From positions 1-36,491 of IMG/VR virus record IMGVR_UViG_3300032303_002175: 36,491 nucleotides of DNA; one strand, 5' to 3'. Position 1 is the stretch's first letter. Each line of letters opens with the position of its first letter. Of this stretch, positions 28,101 to 36,273 are shown one piece after another. The stretch comes from a virus. Lineage: Duplodnaviria; Caudoviricetes. The translations under genes were made by a program, and so were the position numbers. The notes under the pieces are model-generated. The model was not told where the DNA came from, did not search any database, and saw only the letters and a list, made by a program, of their open reading frames with translations.

Positions 28101-29175
28101 TGGTAAACCAACTTCAGAATCTTTGGAGATGTTAAATCAAATGGCTAACTTAGGTAAAAACAGAAGATCAACAACGCAAAATGTTTCACTGTATAACTTA
28201 TATAAAAATAGAAGTTACGCTTGTTCTGTTGATATGATGGGATGTGCTTTAATACAACCTATGATGTATTTTAACATTAGAAATATACCTATGTTCTCAG
28301 GACCATACATGATTACTAAAGTAACTCATACTATTAATGAAAGTGGATTTGAAACTAAATTTGACGGAACAAGACAACCGTTCTATAGTTTACCTTCAGT
28401 TGAAAATTTCTTACAAACACTTAATGAAAAACTAGTCTCACAACTCCAAACAAAAGTAAGAGAGAACGAGGAGATTTCTAAGGCTAAATCTGAAAATGTT
28501 AAAATCCAAGCTGAAAATACAATTGCTAATTTAAATTCAGAAGATACCTTAACTCAAAACCAAGATTGTGCGGCACAGATTAATTCTAGATATGTAGGAT
28601 TTGTAGGAGTTGACACCCCTCAACAAACAACAGCCTCAACTAGAGACTTAATCAAAACAATTGAACAAGTATTAACAGAACAAGGATTATCTGCGACAGG
28701 TACAACATTTGAAGATCTAAGAACAATAATTTTTAGTTTTATATATGTAGACTCAGGAAATAGTAATGGTTCTGGTATTAAAGGATATGAAAATAATTAC
28801 AGTACAATCAATCTACAAGAAATTTATTCAGACAAATTTTTTGAATACATAAATAGAAGATACTTCTGTGTTTCAAGAGGGGCTAATCCTAATGTTCCAG
28901 TTGTTACATTTAGATCTTTAACGGACTTTATAAGGTTTGTTTACACAAGAGTAGGTAACATACCAAGATTCATAGGAAATGATATTGGTGATTTTGCACA
29001 ATTTGGTGAAAACGATTTGGCATTTACATTAGCAAAAGAATATGTTTTATACTATCCTGTAAATCAAAATGAGAATGTTTATAAACAAATAGAACAAGAT
29101 CCAAACCAAATTAATAAACTAAGAGCCGAATTTGTTGATGCCTTTAATGTATTGAATGCAATTTTAAAACAATGA
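22108..29175 (+). CDS. giant baseplate hub protein (gp27/VgrG/gpD-like)
   Basis: N-terminal GMKSINVS...DVKGRALFE...FTLTLKGYYGK and C-terminal YACSVDMMGCALIQPMMYFNIRNIPMFSGPYMITKVTHTI...FETKFDGTR hub signature; follows the LysM gene. Confidence 0.7.
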   Translation: MVGDQENILVELDYDNISLIDPNKVIDEQGNISDRLVKQENLVYYANLECNVLPRTKLAVGTALNDSVRTVSVGKINFLNPGNNTFLGTGWADELTGKDTLTGQGVNQPSQKQPTNPNKSDDYYITQNLWSNGTPGAVDNGLLGMKSINVSIGTDFLPVIDVDLEDVKGRALFEGGNNSPYAAFFQLPYPQFTLTLKGYYGKAIKFPIMLQSFTSTFDPSTHNFQIKLKFYGYKYTLLSYVNFGALMAVPQMYKSNITTTPVLKEQGNTVSGSGSVTTPQTVSRGYQKMKEVYSIYKSKGLIPDNFPEITLLELKYRLQNFIKEVLDQFEKENMGLLTDMTLYTNNLLTYQQKVFLFSSGSWYTTYMDRDYPIVLKKKSQNAYVFKPPYNEPNRRVDATSKLVADINQYNDVLQQNSVFGLKGSFTVGGVTTQSNIPVEINLEKTFQRQVDISMVDLVATYVAQKNAPKGDFSESDSVIINYKKTLEGILAANSNTVYVFEGPGSFMEATDQIAKTASDKRKTIESAISSSLATKFNAQGNGGLGFIPSIRNILAIFYCQGESFLRLLDDVHKKAWDQRENKYRRAAIFGNVTSAPSVDVKTSTQNNEPIYPWPQVIKETIGEDNKEKFEIVYPGDQTVATTYRAYSPEVWPEVEFVEQFIKGYTERINTGLFDSQAFGSNLQPERESLNGIDFPISNEVFQNKEESKYFYEIYERLMINSFYSRFNRKSGYNLSIYEVEGDAEAVNVLQSLGVDNPFLAKKLKEYLLDSNNYVPFLRHISNEGQGESWQTFVRGEFVTPYLRNDANNPNVLYNGAIFSSLESQPTVSLSNQNNIVNITKYLSDSTASNEFDFVDTYPITDFSWVKLNMANGKSLNNETEVFDTKNILNYNEVHKTVTNFTLQDTRNDKRPFTHFNFLNIDVTANSAFLKTFYETRKFSTQVITEGNLNYENYIGQLTDKQTTSMMNTPYFINAIQKGVFNFRYKQNETSPYKSAAYLFLNSLPLATLKERYRTLKDATTTDLDYIVSTLKKFGAVHKLPYAWILKYGSIWHRYKVYKETGVDILDEVWTDFNYLENWDPATSAATYSYNLTIDGTPRTLVLDATSPAPEFTDINTGFYPQLVDDWNVFIQGLKIFSGQSQVNGTLVVESISGSCNTIQVTGTCSTNGTGITINSITNNYITTPHTIFIPSLNASIQLNTQQSGTPGGVGFYTTPLNFNAAFTTLPFILGSFGTITNNSQYSLQVGSILSGSPSVSAVTILDVFSAVTPNTQICEISSTSAETYNYTVLNPPVQVLSITNNLITNGSILNGTNLFGNLVISSQTSGTTGGVGLYQTSSIQPSVTSPFVIQGVTIQGIGSQQIQNNLNNENLIMMNTTNSTIFETSGFDISNLQRSMRISPWSVLVRNTKAPNTYFVTPSFGSNINQVKPEAFRFGLMKQELSNNPSMFNGSVRLFWDAPQFGWFDNSRVVKNNPETYMKKILFNEVNQQNFSINGNTSEYSNFEELFTTFDTSVLDYLESEFLNFSRSIYDFEDTLPNPLIEQELVPGSQRRVNEITDAERSYKNFQALMRELMVINKPTGDSPEVKLENVITEQNQKFQSVLSEFINYDVAFKYGNPSNFDKRLFYTFSSKFIEEPIIYGPYEQGNLPPQVTLSQSKTQNPKTWEALEYYVGKSTIPQLEYKNSGSYITDFFINMNVAFNEKNVQDFAPLIKIYASQKLKTPNLNLGSFNNLMNLYIDESDLYIGNVLNVMLPYVRKQLPNVFVSNDDTATRANLEAGFTEQTRVELWETFKALNDTWIAGFDFESKTLFEDVLLVDRASRNVGDKILVDIYGIINLLEDGATEKNQGSNSYKNTLLDMVTTILVQNNFQHFMLPAYVNFYNVQDAQKNPTPRPDGTLEVGNMMFGTYLNVDYRQSSPKFLCYYVSKPSEHLNMNNNIDYRFRDDAFDLRRASDNPLLENLKNKNDWDKSNKIVGFNVDPTRENQQIFKSFSVAQDPGKPTSESLEMLNQMANLGKNRRSTTQNVSLYNLYKNRSYACSVDMMGCALIQPMMYFNIRNIPMFSGPYMITKVTHTINESGFETKFDGTRQPFYSLPSVENFLQTLNEKLVSQLQTKVRENEEISKAKSENVKIQAENTIANLNSEDTLTQNQDCAAQINSRYVGFVGVDTPQQTTASTRDLIKTIEQVLTEQGLSATGTTFEDLRTIIFSFIYVDSGNSNGSGIKGYENNYSTINLQEIYSDKFFEYINRRYFCVSRGANPNVPVVTFRSLTDFIRFVYTRVGNIPRFIGNDIGDFAQFGENDLAFTLAKEYVLYYPVNQNENVYKQIEQDPNQINKLRAEFVDAFNVLNAILKQ

Positions 29176-29178
29176 TGA

Positions 29179-29185
29179 TATTTAT
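29179..29185 (+). promoter_or_regulatory. TATTTAT motif (29200/29427 genes)
   Basis: GATATTTATAAATA in the 24-nt intergenic gap. Confidence 0.6.
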
Positions 29186-29199
29186 AAATAAAATAACTT

Positions 29200-29424
29200 A
29201 TGAGCGTTAAATTAATATTGGATAACTACTTAGGAAAAAACACTAGAGTTTCCGAAAAAGATATGGGTGATGGCACAAAACAAGTTTGTGACTTAGATAC
29301 CGGTGACTGTTACACAGTTAGAATAAAAGACGGATTAATTGAAAGAGTTGATAACACAATGAAGACTTTCAAAAAAATTCAAGTTGAAACCAATAAAGGG
29401 ATAAAAACACTGTTAAACGGATAG
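29200..29424 (+). CDS. hypothetical protein
   Basis: 74-aa ORF (VCDLDTGDCY motif) with an A-rich leader and a TATTTAT motif upstream. Confidence 0.7.
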   Translation: MSVKLILDNYLGKNTRVSEKDMGDGTKQVCDLDTGDCYTVRIKDGLIERVDNTMKTFKKIQVETNKGIKTLLNG

Positions 29425-29426
29425 AA

Positions 29427-30113
29427 ATGAAAATTGACGAAAAAATATTAAATGAGATATCAAGATATAGACAAATTAACAAATATATCTTAGAACAAGA
29501 CGTACCACCAATTCCTGATCCTGCGGCGGGAGCACCACCTGCGGATCCTGCAGCGGCGGGAGCACCACCTGCAGATCCTGCAGCAGCGGGAGCACCACCT
29601 ACACCACCTGCACCAGCGGCTGGAGAACCTGTGGATGTTGCCGCAGATCCTGATGTTGAGGAAGTTACACCTGAAGGTGAAGGAGGAGAAGGAGAAGGAG
29701 ATGTTGAAGAATTAGACATCACAGATCTTGTTGATTCTCAAAAAACCATGGCAGATAAACAAGAAGAATATTTTGAAAACTTGTTTAATCAAATTAAAAC
29801 TATGGAAGAAAAATTAGCTGAGATGGATAGTTTAGTACAAAAAATTGATTTAGTTGATGCTAAACTTGAGAAGTACAGACCTAAAACAGCACAAGAAAAA
29901 TTAGAACTTAGATCTTTAGATTCGGGACCATTCAAACAAAATCTGGCGGATTTCTTCAAAGACAAAGAAGAAGAGATGGAAAGAAGTGGAAAAAATGAAT
30001 ATGTTCTTACAAAAGATGAGGTTGAAAATTACAGCCCTTCAGAAATAGAACAATCATTTAATGAACCAATGGAAGACGAAGACGACATACTTTTAAATAG
30101 ATACAATTCATAA
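29427..30113 (+). CDS. acidic, Pro/Ala-rich coiled-coil protein (possible internal head or scaffold-like protein)
   Basis: N-terminal ILNE...ILEQ, DPAAAGAPP repeats, an acidic linker and a coiled coil; followed by a terminator. Confidence 0.7.
   Translation: MKIDEKILNEISRYRQINKYILEQDVPPIPDPAAGAPPADPAAAGAPPADPAAAGAPPTPPAPAAGEPVDVAADPDVEEVTPEGEGGEGEGDVEELDITDLVDSQKTMADKQEEYFENLFNQIKTMEEKLAEMDSLVQKIDLVDAKLEKYRPKTAQEKLELRSLDSGPFKQNLADFFKDKEEEMERSGKNEYVLTKDEVENYSPSEIEQSFNEPMEDEDDILLNRYNS
29517..29603 (+). repeat. in-frame tandem repeat with 27/30/30-nt units encoding DPAA(A)GAPP(A/T)
   Basis: Units start at 29517, 29544 and 29574; GC-rich relative to the rest of the window. Confidence 0.9.
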
Positions 30114-30114
30114 G

Positions 30115-30149
30115 GTTTAAGGTCGATAATTTCGACCTTAAACTTTTTT
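30115..30149 (+). terminator. rho-independent terminator closing the structural module
   Basis: Perfect 12-bp stem GTTTAAGGTCGA / TCGACCTTAAAC with a 5-nt loop, then TTTTTT. Confidence 0.9.
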
Positions 30150-30159
30150 CTGACACAAT

Positions 30160-30188
30160 TTGACTATACCTTTTTTTACGACTATAAT
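30160..30188 (+). promoter_or_regulatory. sigma70-like promoter upstream of the SSB gene
   Basis: TTGACT (30160-30165), 17-nt spacer, TATAAT (30183-30188). Confidence 0.7.
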
Positions 30189-30221
30189 TTTAACACATAA
30201 ACTCTAAATTTTTAATTACAC

Positions 30222-31082
30222 ATGGCGACAAATTCATTAGACGCAGTACTTGCACAGTACGAAAAATCACAAAGTAGTTCTAACACTACAAACAAAATGT
30301 CTTCAGAAGACCGAATGAAAAAATACTTTGCGGCTCTTTTGAAAGATAATGAAAAACAAGGACAGAGAAAAATTCGAATCCTTCCTACACCTGACGGATC
30401 TTCACCATTCAAAGAAGTATGGTTTCACGAAGTTCAAGTAGACGGTAAATGGCAAAAGTTTTATGACCCATCTAAAAACGACAACGAGCGTTCACCTTTG
30501 AATGAGGTTTACGAAGAACTTATGTCAACAGGAAAAGAATCTGACAAACAATTAGCAACACAATACAGATCTCGTAAATTCTATATTGTTAAAGTTATTG
30601 ATCGTGATAACGAACAAGACGGAGTTAAGTTTTGGAGATTCAAACACAATTACAAACAAGAAGGAATCCTTGATAAAATTATTCCAATTTGGAAGGCTAA
30701 AGGAGATATCACAGATCCTGATAATGGTCGAGATTTGATTCTTGAGTTGACTAAAGCTAAAACACCAAAAGGTGCGGCTTACACAGTTATCCAAACTGTT
30801 ATGTATGATGATCCATCACCAATTTCAGAAGATAATAATGAAATGTTGGAGTGGGTTGGAGATGAAATGACATGGGAAGATGTGTATTCTAAAAAACCTG
30901 TTGAATACCTTGAAGCAATTGCTAGAGGAGAAACACCAAGATGGGATTCTGAAAAGGGTGGATATGTTTACTCAAACGATGAAACATCTGAAGTTTCTAT
31001 GGGAGGATCAAAATCAGTATCAATTACTGAGGTTGCAGACCCACAAGCAAATGACGAGGTAGACGAAGAATTACCATTCTAA
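30222..31082 (+). CDS. single-stranded DNA-binding protein (T4 gp32-like)
   Basis: IRILPTPDGSSPFKEVWFH, YIVKVIDRD, DITDPDNGRDL and an acidic tail ending DEELPF. Confidence 0.85.
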   Translation: MATNSLDAVLAQYEKSQSSSNTTNKMSSEDRMKKYFAALLKDNEKQGQRKIRILPTPDGSSPFKEVWFHEVQVDGKWQKFYDPSKNDNERSPLNEVYEELMSTGKESDKQLATQYRSRKFYIVKVIDRDNEQDGVKFWRFKHNYKQEGILDKIIPIWKAKGDITDPDNGRDLILELTKAKTPKGAAYTVIQTVMYDDPSPISEDNNEMLEWVGDEMTWEDVYSKKPVEYLEAIARGETPRWDSEKGGYVYSNDETSEVSMGGSKSVSITEVADPQANDEVDEELPF

Positions 31083-31101
31083 TTTATTTAAACAAAAGTA
31101 T

Positions 31102-31132
31102 AACGGGAGCAGTTTATTGTTCCCGTTTTTTT
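31102..31132 (+). terminator. rho-independent terminator after the SSB gene
   Basis: AACGGGAGCA / TGTTCCCGTT stem (one G-U pair) followed by a T run. Confidence 0.8.
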
Positions 31133-31157
31133 ATTTATATTTTTAAAAAAACAAAAT

Positions 31158-31379
31158 ATGAAACCAATTATCGCTCAAAAATTAAAAGACGCTTTGATAA
31201 AAAAATATGAAGCAGAAATTGCCGATGCAGAAGCTAGACTTTATGTTTATTTTACAAATCCTGTTGGAATCGGAGAACATCCCCAACATACAGAAGAAAT
31301 GGATCATTTAGTTGTCCAACTAACTGATGCTAAAGACAAATTAGAAACAATTACAAATTTTAAAATTTACGAATTATAA
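31158..31379 (+). CDS. hypothetical phage protein
   Basis: 73-aa helical hairpin with NPVGIGEHP motif; TAATG-coupled to the recombinase gene. Confidence 0.75.
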   Translation: MKPIIAQKLKDALIKKYEAEIADAEARLYVYFTNPVGIGEHPQHTEEMDHLVVQLTDAKDKLETITNFKIYEL

Positions 31380-32386
31380 TGGCACTTAAAAAAAACGACT
31401 TTAGTTCGGTTAAGAAAAAGTTTTCTACATCGGCAAAATATAAACCACAAAGATTTTTTGATTTAGGTGCCGAGTTTTTAGATGCTGTCGGTCTACCTGG
31501 ACCTGCAATTGGACACCTTAACATGTTATTAGGACATTCAGATACAGGAAAGACAACGGCGCTTGTTAAAACTGCTGTAGATGCTCAAAAGAAAGGAATC
31601 CTTCCTGTGTTTATAATTACAGAACAAAAATGGTCTTTTGAACACGCAAAACTTATGGGGTTTGAATGTGATGAGGTAGTTGATACAGAAACAGGAGAAG
31701 TTGATTGGGACGGGTTTTACATCTTCAACAATGACTTTGACTACATTGAACAAATTACAGATTACATTAATGACTTACTTGATGCTCAAGAAAAAGGAGA
31801 ATTAGAATATTCATTATGTTTCTTGTGGGATTCAGTAGGTTCAGTACCTTGTAAAATGACTTACGAAGGTAAAGGAGGTAAACAACACAATGCAAGTGTT
31901 TTAGCCGACAAAATTGGTATGGGTATTAACCAAAGAATTTCAGGATCTCGTAAAGCGGATTCTAAATTTGAAAATACCTTAATCATTGTTAACCAACCTT
32001 GGGTAGAATTACCTGACAATCCATTTGGTCAACCTAAGATCAAAGCAAAAGGTGGTGAAGCAATTTGGTTAAACTCTTCTTTGGTATTCTTATTTGGTAA
32101 TCAAAAAGGCGCTGGAACAACAAAGATAACGGCAACAAAAGACAAACGAACTGTAAAGTTTGCATCAAGAACAAAAGTGTCGGTTATGAAAAACCACATC
32201 AATGGTCTTGGGTTTGAAGACGGAAGAATTATTGTAACACCACACGGATTTTTACCGGGTAAAGATACAACAGAAGAAAAATCATCAATAGAAAAGTATA
32301 AGAAAGAATATGCTGACTATTGGAAAGACATAATCGGAGTTGATGGTGACTTCGATTTGAAAACAGAAAAAGAAGAGGTAGAGTAG
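31379..32386 (+). CDS. recA: RecA/UvsX-like recombinase
   Basis: Walker A GHSDTGKT, catalytic Glu in IITEQK, Walker B FLWDSVGS, IVNQ, KGGEA and KNH motifs. Confidence 0.85.
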   Translation: MALKKNDFSSVKKKFSTSAKYKPQRFFDLGAEFLDAVGLPGPAIGHLNMLLGHSDTGKTTALVKTAVDAQKKGILPVFIITEQKWSFEHAKLMGFECDEVVDTETGEVDWDGFYIFNNDFDYIEQITDYINDLLDAQEKGELEYSLCFLWDSVGSVPCKMTYEGKGGKQHNASVLADKIGMGINQRISGSRKADSKFENTLIIVNQPWVELPDNPFGQPKIKAKGGEAIWLNSSLVFLFGNQKGAGTTKITATKDKRTVKFASRTKVSVMKNHINGLGFEDGRIIVTPHGFLPGKDTTEEKSSIEKYKKEYADYWKDIIGVDGDFDLKTEKEEVE

Positions 32387-32407
32387 GAACAACTTAACAA
32401 TTAGAAA

Positions 32408-33418
32408 GTGTCAAAGACATTATTAGTAGACGGAAATAATTTATTGAAAATTGGATTTCATGGTGTTAGAGAATTCTATCATAATGGAAAACATGTCGGT
32501 GGTGTTTGGCATTTTCTAAATACTCTTCGTAAATTCTTAGAAGAACACAACTATAACAAAGTTGTCGTATTTTGGGATTCAAAAACCTCATCTTCACAAA
32601 GAAGATTGATTTACCCAAAGTACAAATTGAATCGTAAACCTTCAGAGTCTGAACAGAAAGAAGAATCTTTTTCTGAACAAAAGCAAAGGGTTAGACAATA
32701 CCTTGAGGATATGTTTGTAAGACAACTCGAGACGGAACGAGCAGAAGCTGATGACTTAATTGCTCAGTACTGTAAAATATCTTTAGACGAAGAAAAAACA
32801 ATATTCTCAAGCGATAGGGATTTAACTCAACTTATCTCTGAAAAGGTTTCGATTTATTCACCATCCACAAAACAATATTATAAGTTGGGGGATAAGATAA
32901 AGTTACACGATGTTGAGATCCCTCACTATAATGTTAAAGTGGTTAAAATCCTAACAGGAGATAGTTCTGACAACATTGATGGAATATTCTATTTAGGTGA
33001 AAAAACATTGGTTAAATTATTTCCTGAGATACTTGAAGAATTAGTAGAAATACCCTATATTTTGGATAAAGGCACTAATCTACTTAAAGAAGAAAAAGGA
33101 AATGTTGCTCTTCAGAATCTGTTAAGTGGTAAAACAAAAGAAGGTATTTTTGGTGATGAATTTTATGTTATCAATCAAAAGTTAGTCGACTTAGATGAAC
33201 CACTACTAACGGATGAAGAAAAAGAATTAGTAGGGCTTTATTACTCTGAGTCGATGGATCCTGACGGAAGAGGATATAAGAATTTAATTCGAATGATGAT
33301 GGAGGATGGTTTTTTTAAATACTTACCAAAGGGTGACGACGCTTGGGTGAGTTTTTTAAAACCATTTCTTAAGTTAACAAGAAAAGAAAAAACAAAATTT
33401 AGAAACAAAAAAAATTAA
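32408..33418 (+). CDS. 5'-3' exonuclease / flap endonuclease (T4 RNase H or PolA N-terminal type)
   Basis: LLVDGNNL, YPKYKLNR, EADDLIA, SSDRDLTQL and GDSSDNIDGI..GEKT; GTG start. Confidence 0.92.
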   Translation: MSKTLLVDGNNLLKIGFHGVREFYHNGKHVGGVWHFLNTLRKFLEEHNYNKVVVFWDSKTSSSQRRLIYPKYKLNRKPSESEQKEESFSEQKQRVRQYLEDMFVRQLETERAEADDLIAQYCKISLDEEKTIFSSDRDLTQLISEKVSIYSPSTKQYYKLGDKIKLHDVEIPHYNVKVVKILTGDSSDNIDGIFYLGEKTLVKLFPEILEELVEIPYILDKGTNLLKEEKGNVALQNLLSGKTKEGIFGDEFYVINQKLVDLDEPLLTDEEKELVGLYYSESMDPDGRGYKNLIRMMMEDGFFKYLPKGDDAWVSFLKPFLKLTRKEKTKFRNKKN

Positions 33419-33427
33419 AAACGCAAA

Positions 33428-33877
33428 ATGAAAGAACAGGATATTACCAAAGTAGAATTTTTGTTAATGTGCAACGACAACATCGTAGTTCAACGGTTTT
33501 TCAATGTTAGAGGTTTTAACAAAAACGCTCACAAATCAGAAGAATTTTTTAATCATATAGAAAGTCTTTGTCTTGAACTAAAATATGATTTAAAAATGAG
33601 ATCGATAGTCTACATGTTGGACAATCAATACGATATTTTAGAGAATCCAGAATTACTAAACACATCAATTACTGATGGACCTGAAAATTTTAATTTAATT
33701 ATTAAGGTCGGAGATATGACAATTTGTCATAGACAGTTTGATGCGAAACCATACCCCCCAAAGGTCAGATACACCGTAGACCTACGACCAAAGTTAAAAG
33801 CTATCATGGCGGAGTTGACTGACATTTTTTCAGGTCAAAAATTTAATTATTTTTATACGGACTTTATTAAAAACTAG
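33428..33877 (+). CDS. hypothetical protein
   Basis: 149-aa ORF tightly packed between the exonuclease and helicase genes. Confidence 0.75.
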   Translation: MKEQDITKVEFLLMCNDNIVVQRFFNVRGFNKNAHKSEEFFNHIESLCLELKYDLKMRSIVYMLDNQYDILENPELLNTSITDGPENFNLIIKVGDMTICHRQFDAKPYPPKVRYTVDLRPKLKAIMAELTDIFSGQKFNYFYTDFIKN

Positions 33878-33880
33878 TAC

Positions 33881-33887
33881 TATTTAT
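33881..33887 (+). promoter_or_regulatory. TATTTAT motif (helicase-nrdB-nrdA)
   Basis: Lies in the 34-nt gap before the ATG at 33912. Confidence 0.5.
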
Positions 33888-33911
33888 CTTTACTAACAAG
33901 AGAAAAAATAT

Positions 33912-35294
33912 ATGGCGACTAGTAAAAATTTTGAGTATTTAGGAAACACATTTCAATTACAATTATTAAATCAAATTATTGTAGACAAAGATTTTTCACA
34001 CTCTATTCTTGATGTAATCGAGAACAATTATTTTGAAAACAAGTACTTCAAAATAATTATGCAAATGGTTAAGGAGTATTATTTAAAGTATGATCACACA
34101 CCATCATTCGAAACACTTGAACAGATCACAAAATCTGAGTTACAACAGGCTACAGCATCAAAAATTGTTTTAGATACAATTAAAAAAATTAAAGATGCAC
34201 CTGTCGATGGAGTACTTTTTGTCCAAGAAAAGGCTATGAAGTTTTGTAAACAACAAGAACTTCAGAAAGTCATGGGAAAGGCACAAAAGATCATTGATGG
34301 TGGTGAGTTTGAGAACTACGATACCCTTGAAGAAATGGTTAAAACCGCACTTCAAGTTGGAGCTAAAGATACCTCAATGTTGGATGTATTCTCAAACCTC
34401 GAACAAGTTCTCGAGGACGATTATAGACACCCAATTCCTATGGGAATACCAGGTATTGATAGATTATTAAAAGGAGGTTTGGCAAAAGGAGAAATTGGTG
34501 TTATCTTAGCACCTACAGGGGTTGGTAAATCAACCGTTTTGACCAAGATTTCAAATCACGCCTTCAACCTCGGGTTTAATGTTCTACAGATATTTTTTGA
34601 GGACAACCCAAAGGTAATACAAAGAAAACACTTTACACTTTGGACTAAGATTCATCCTGACGATTTGTCAGAAAAGAGAGAAGAGGTAATGACTAAAGTT
34701 AGAGAAATTGAAGAGTCAATGCCAAATAAATTGATTATGAAAAAGTTACCGTCAGATACAATGACGATGTTACAAATCAAAAATCAAATTAGAAAAATGG
34801 TATCTGATGGGATTAAGGTTGATATGATTGTTTTAGATTACATCGATTGTATTGTCCCAGATAAAAACTTGGGTGATGAATGGAAGAGTGAAGGATCTGT
34901 GATGAGAGCTTTTGAAGCAATGTGTCACGAAATGAATATTGTTGGATGGACCGCAACTCAAGGTAACAGATCATCAATATCTTCAGAAGTGGTAACAACA
35001 GATCAAATGGGTGGATCTATTAAAAAGGCTCAAGTGGGACATGTTATTATATCTGTGGCAAAGACTTTACAACAGAAAGAATTAAAGTTGGCTACGATTG
35101 CAATTACAAAGTCTCGTATCGGAGATGATGGTGTTGTATTTGAAAACTGTAAGTTTGATAATGCAATGATTGAAATAGATACTGAAAGCTCAATGACTTT
35201 CTTAGGTCTTGAGGAACAAAAAGAAGAAAGACAAAGACAACGAGTTCGTGAACTTCTTGAAAAAAGAAAACAAAAAGAAACACAAACAAATTAA
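33912..35294 (+). CDS. replicative DNA helicase (DnaB / T4 gp41-like)
   Basis: Walker A APTGVGKS, FFED, Walker B IVLDYID, WTATQGNR and KSR arginine finger. Confidence 0.92.
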   Translation: MATSKNFEYLGNTFQLQLLNQIIVDKDFSHSILDVIENNYFENKYFKIIMQMVKEYYLKYDHTPSFETLEQITKSELQQATASKIVLDTIKKIKDAPVDGVLFVQEKAMKFCKQQELQKVMGKAQKIIDGGEFENYDTLEEMVKTALQVGAKDTSMLDVFSNLEQVLEDDYRHPIPMGIPGIDRLLKGGLAKGEIGVILAPTGVGKSTVLTKISNHAFNLGFNVLQIFFEDNPKVIQRKHFTLWTKIHPDDLSEKREEVMTKVREIEESMPNKLIMKKLPSDTMTMLQIKNQIRKMVSDGIKVDMIVLDYIDCIVPDKNLGDEWKSEGSVMRAFEAMCHEMNIVGWTATQGNRSSISSEVVTTDQMGGSIKKAQVGHVIISVAKTLQQKELKLATIAITKSRIGDDGVVFENCKFDNAMIEIDTESSMTFLGLEEQKEERQRQRVRELLEKRKQKETQTN

Positions 35295-35316
35295 TAATAA
35301 ATAAATTTTAAATAAA

Positions 35317-36264
35317 ATGGAAAAAATACTAGTTGAAAATCCTGGTCGGTTTGTCATCTTCCCTATTGAACACAATGATATATGGGAATTTTACAAACAA
35401 CACCAAGCGGCATTTTGGACGGCAGAAGAGGTGGATTTGAGTAATGATATCAGAGATTGGGAGAAACTTACAGAAAATGAACAATATTTTGTTAAGAATG
35501 TTTTATCATTCTTTGCGGCATCTGATGGAATTGTTAATGAAAACTTGGCGGAAAACTTTTACCGTGAAGTTCAGTACCCTGAGGCTAAGTTCTTTTATGG
35601 ATTTCAGTTAGCAATGGAGAATATACACTCATTGATGTATTCGTTATTGATTGATACATACATATCTAACGCAAAAGAAAAAGACGAATGTTTCAATGCA
35701 ATTGATAGACTACCTGCAGTACAGAAAAAGGCTAAATGGGCATTAGATTGGATTGAAAATGCATCATTTGCAGAAAGATTAGTTGCGTTCGCGGCGGTTG
35801 AAGGTATTTTCTTTTCAGGATCCTTCTGTTCTATTTTTTGGTTAAAGTCACGAGGAATTATGCAAGGATTGTGTAACGCAAATTCACTCATCTTCAAAGA
35901 CGAAAACCTACACTGTGATTTTGCAATTCACTTGTTAAACAATCACTTGGAAAATAAACCATCTGAAAAAAGAATTAAACAGATTCTATTGTCGGCATTA
36001 GAGATCGAAAAAGAATTTATCACTGAATCACTTCCAGTTTCACTTATTGGTATGAATTCTAATCTTATGAAACAATATCTTGAATTTGTTGTTGATGGAT
36101 TGTTGGTTAAATTTGGTTGTACTAAAGAATTTAATGTAGAACAACCATTTAAGTTTATGGAGCAAATTGCTGTTGAAACAAAAGGTAACTTCTTCGAATC
36201 AAGAACCATGGAATATCAAAAAGCGAAATTAAACGAAACAATAACATTTACAGAAGACTTTTAA
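35317..36264 (+). CDS. nrdB: ribonucleotide reductase class Ia beta subunit
   Basis: [31 protein letters not shown] (radical Tyr), [15 protein letters not shown] and NFFE..EY. Confidence 0.97.
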   Translation: MEKILVENPGRFVIFPIEHNDIWEFYKQHQAAFWTAEEVDLSNDIRDWEKLTENEQYFVKNVLSFFAASDGIVNENLAENFYREVQYPEAKFFYGFQLAMENIHSLMYSLLIDTYISNAKEKDECFNAIDRLPAVQKKAKWALDWIENASFAERLVAFAAVEGIFFSGSFCSIFWLKSRGIMQGLCNANSLIFKDENLHCDFAIHLLNNHLENKPSEKRIKQILLSALEIEKEFITESLPVSLIGMNSNLMKQYLEFVVDGLLVKFGCTKEFNVEQPFKFMEQIAVETKGNFFESRTMEYQKAKLNETITFTEDF

Positions 36265-36273
36265 TTTTAGAAT

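Noticed and set aside
8990-29175. Bacterial extracellular contractile injection system or tailocin
   Set aside because: Neck (head-joining) genes and a full phage replication module flank the tail genes, which indicates a real phage.
29369-29722. 117-aa Gly/Ala/Ser-rich minus-strand ORF
   Set aside because: It is the antisense shadow of the Pro/Ala repeat in the 29427..30113 gene.
3641-36209. Short nested or antisense ORFs (e.g. 3641..3925, 4209..4430, 9381..9569, 14814..15086, 15105..15353, 18251..18535, 20175..20417, 30552..30794, 35604..35897, 35943..36209)
   Set aside because: They lie within well-supported genes, have no recognisable motifs and show shadow-frame composition.
35317-36264. 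Eukaryotic or giant-virus origin suggested by the eukaryote-like RNR beta subunit
   Set aside because: This R2 type also occurs in bacteria and phages; the contractile tail genes, rho-independent terminators and operon coupling point to a bacteriophage.
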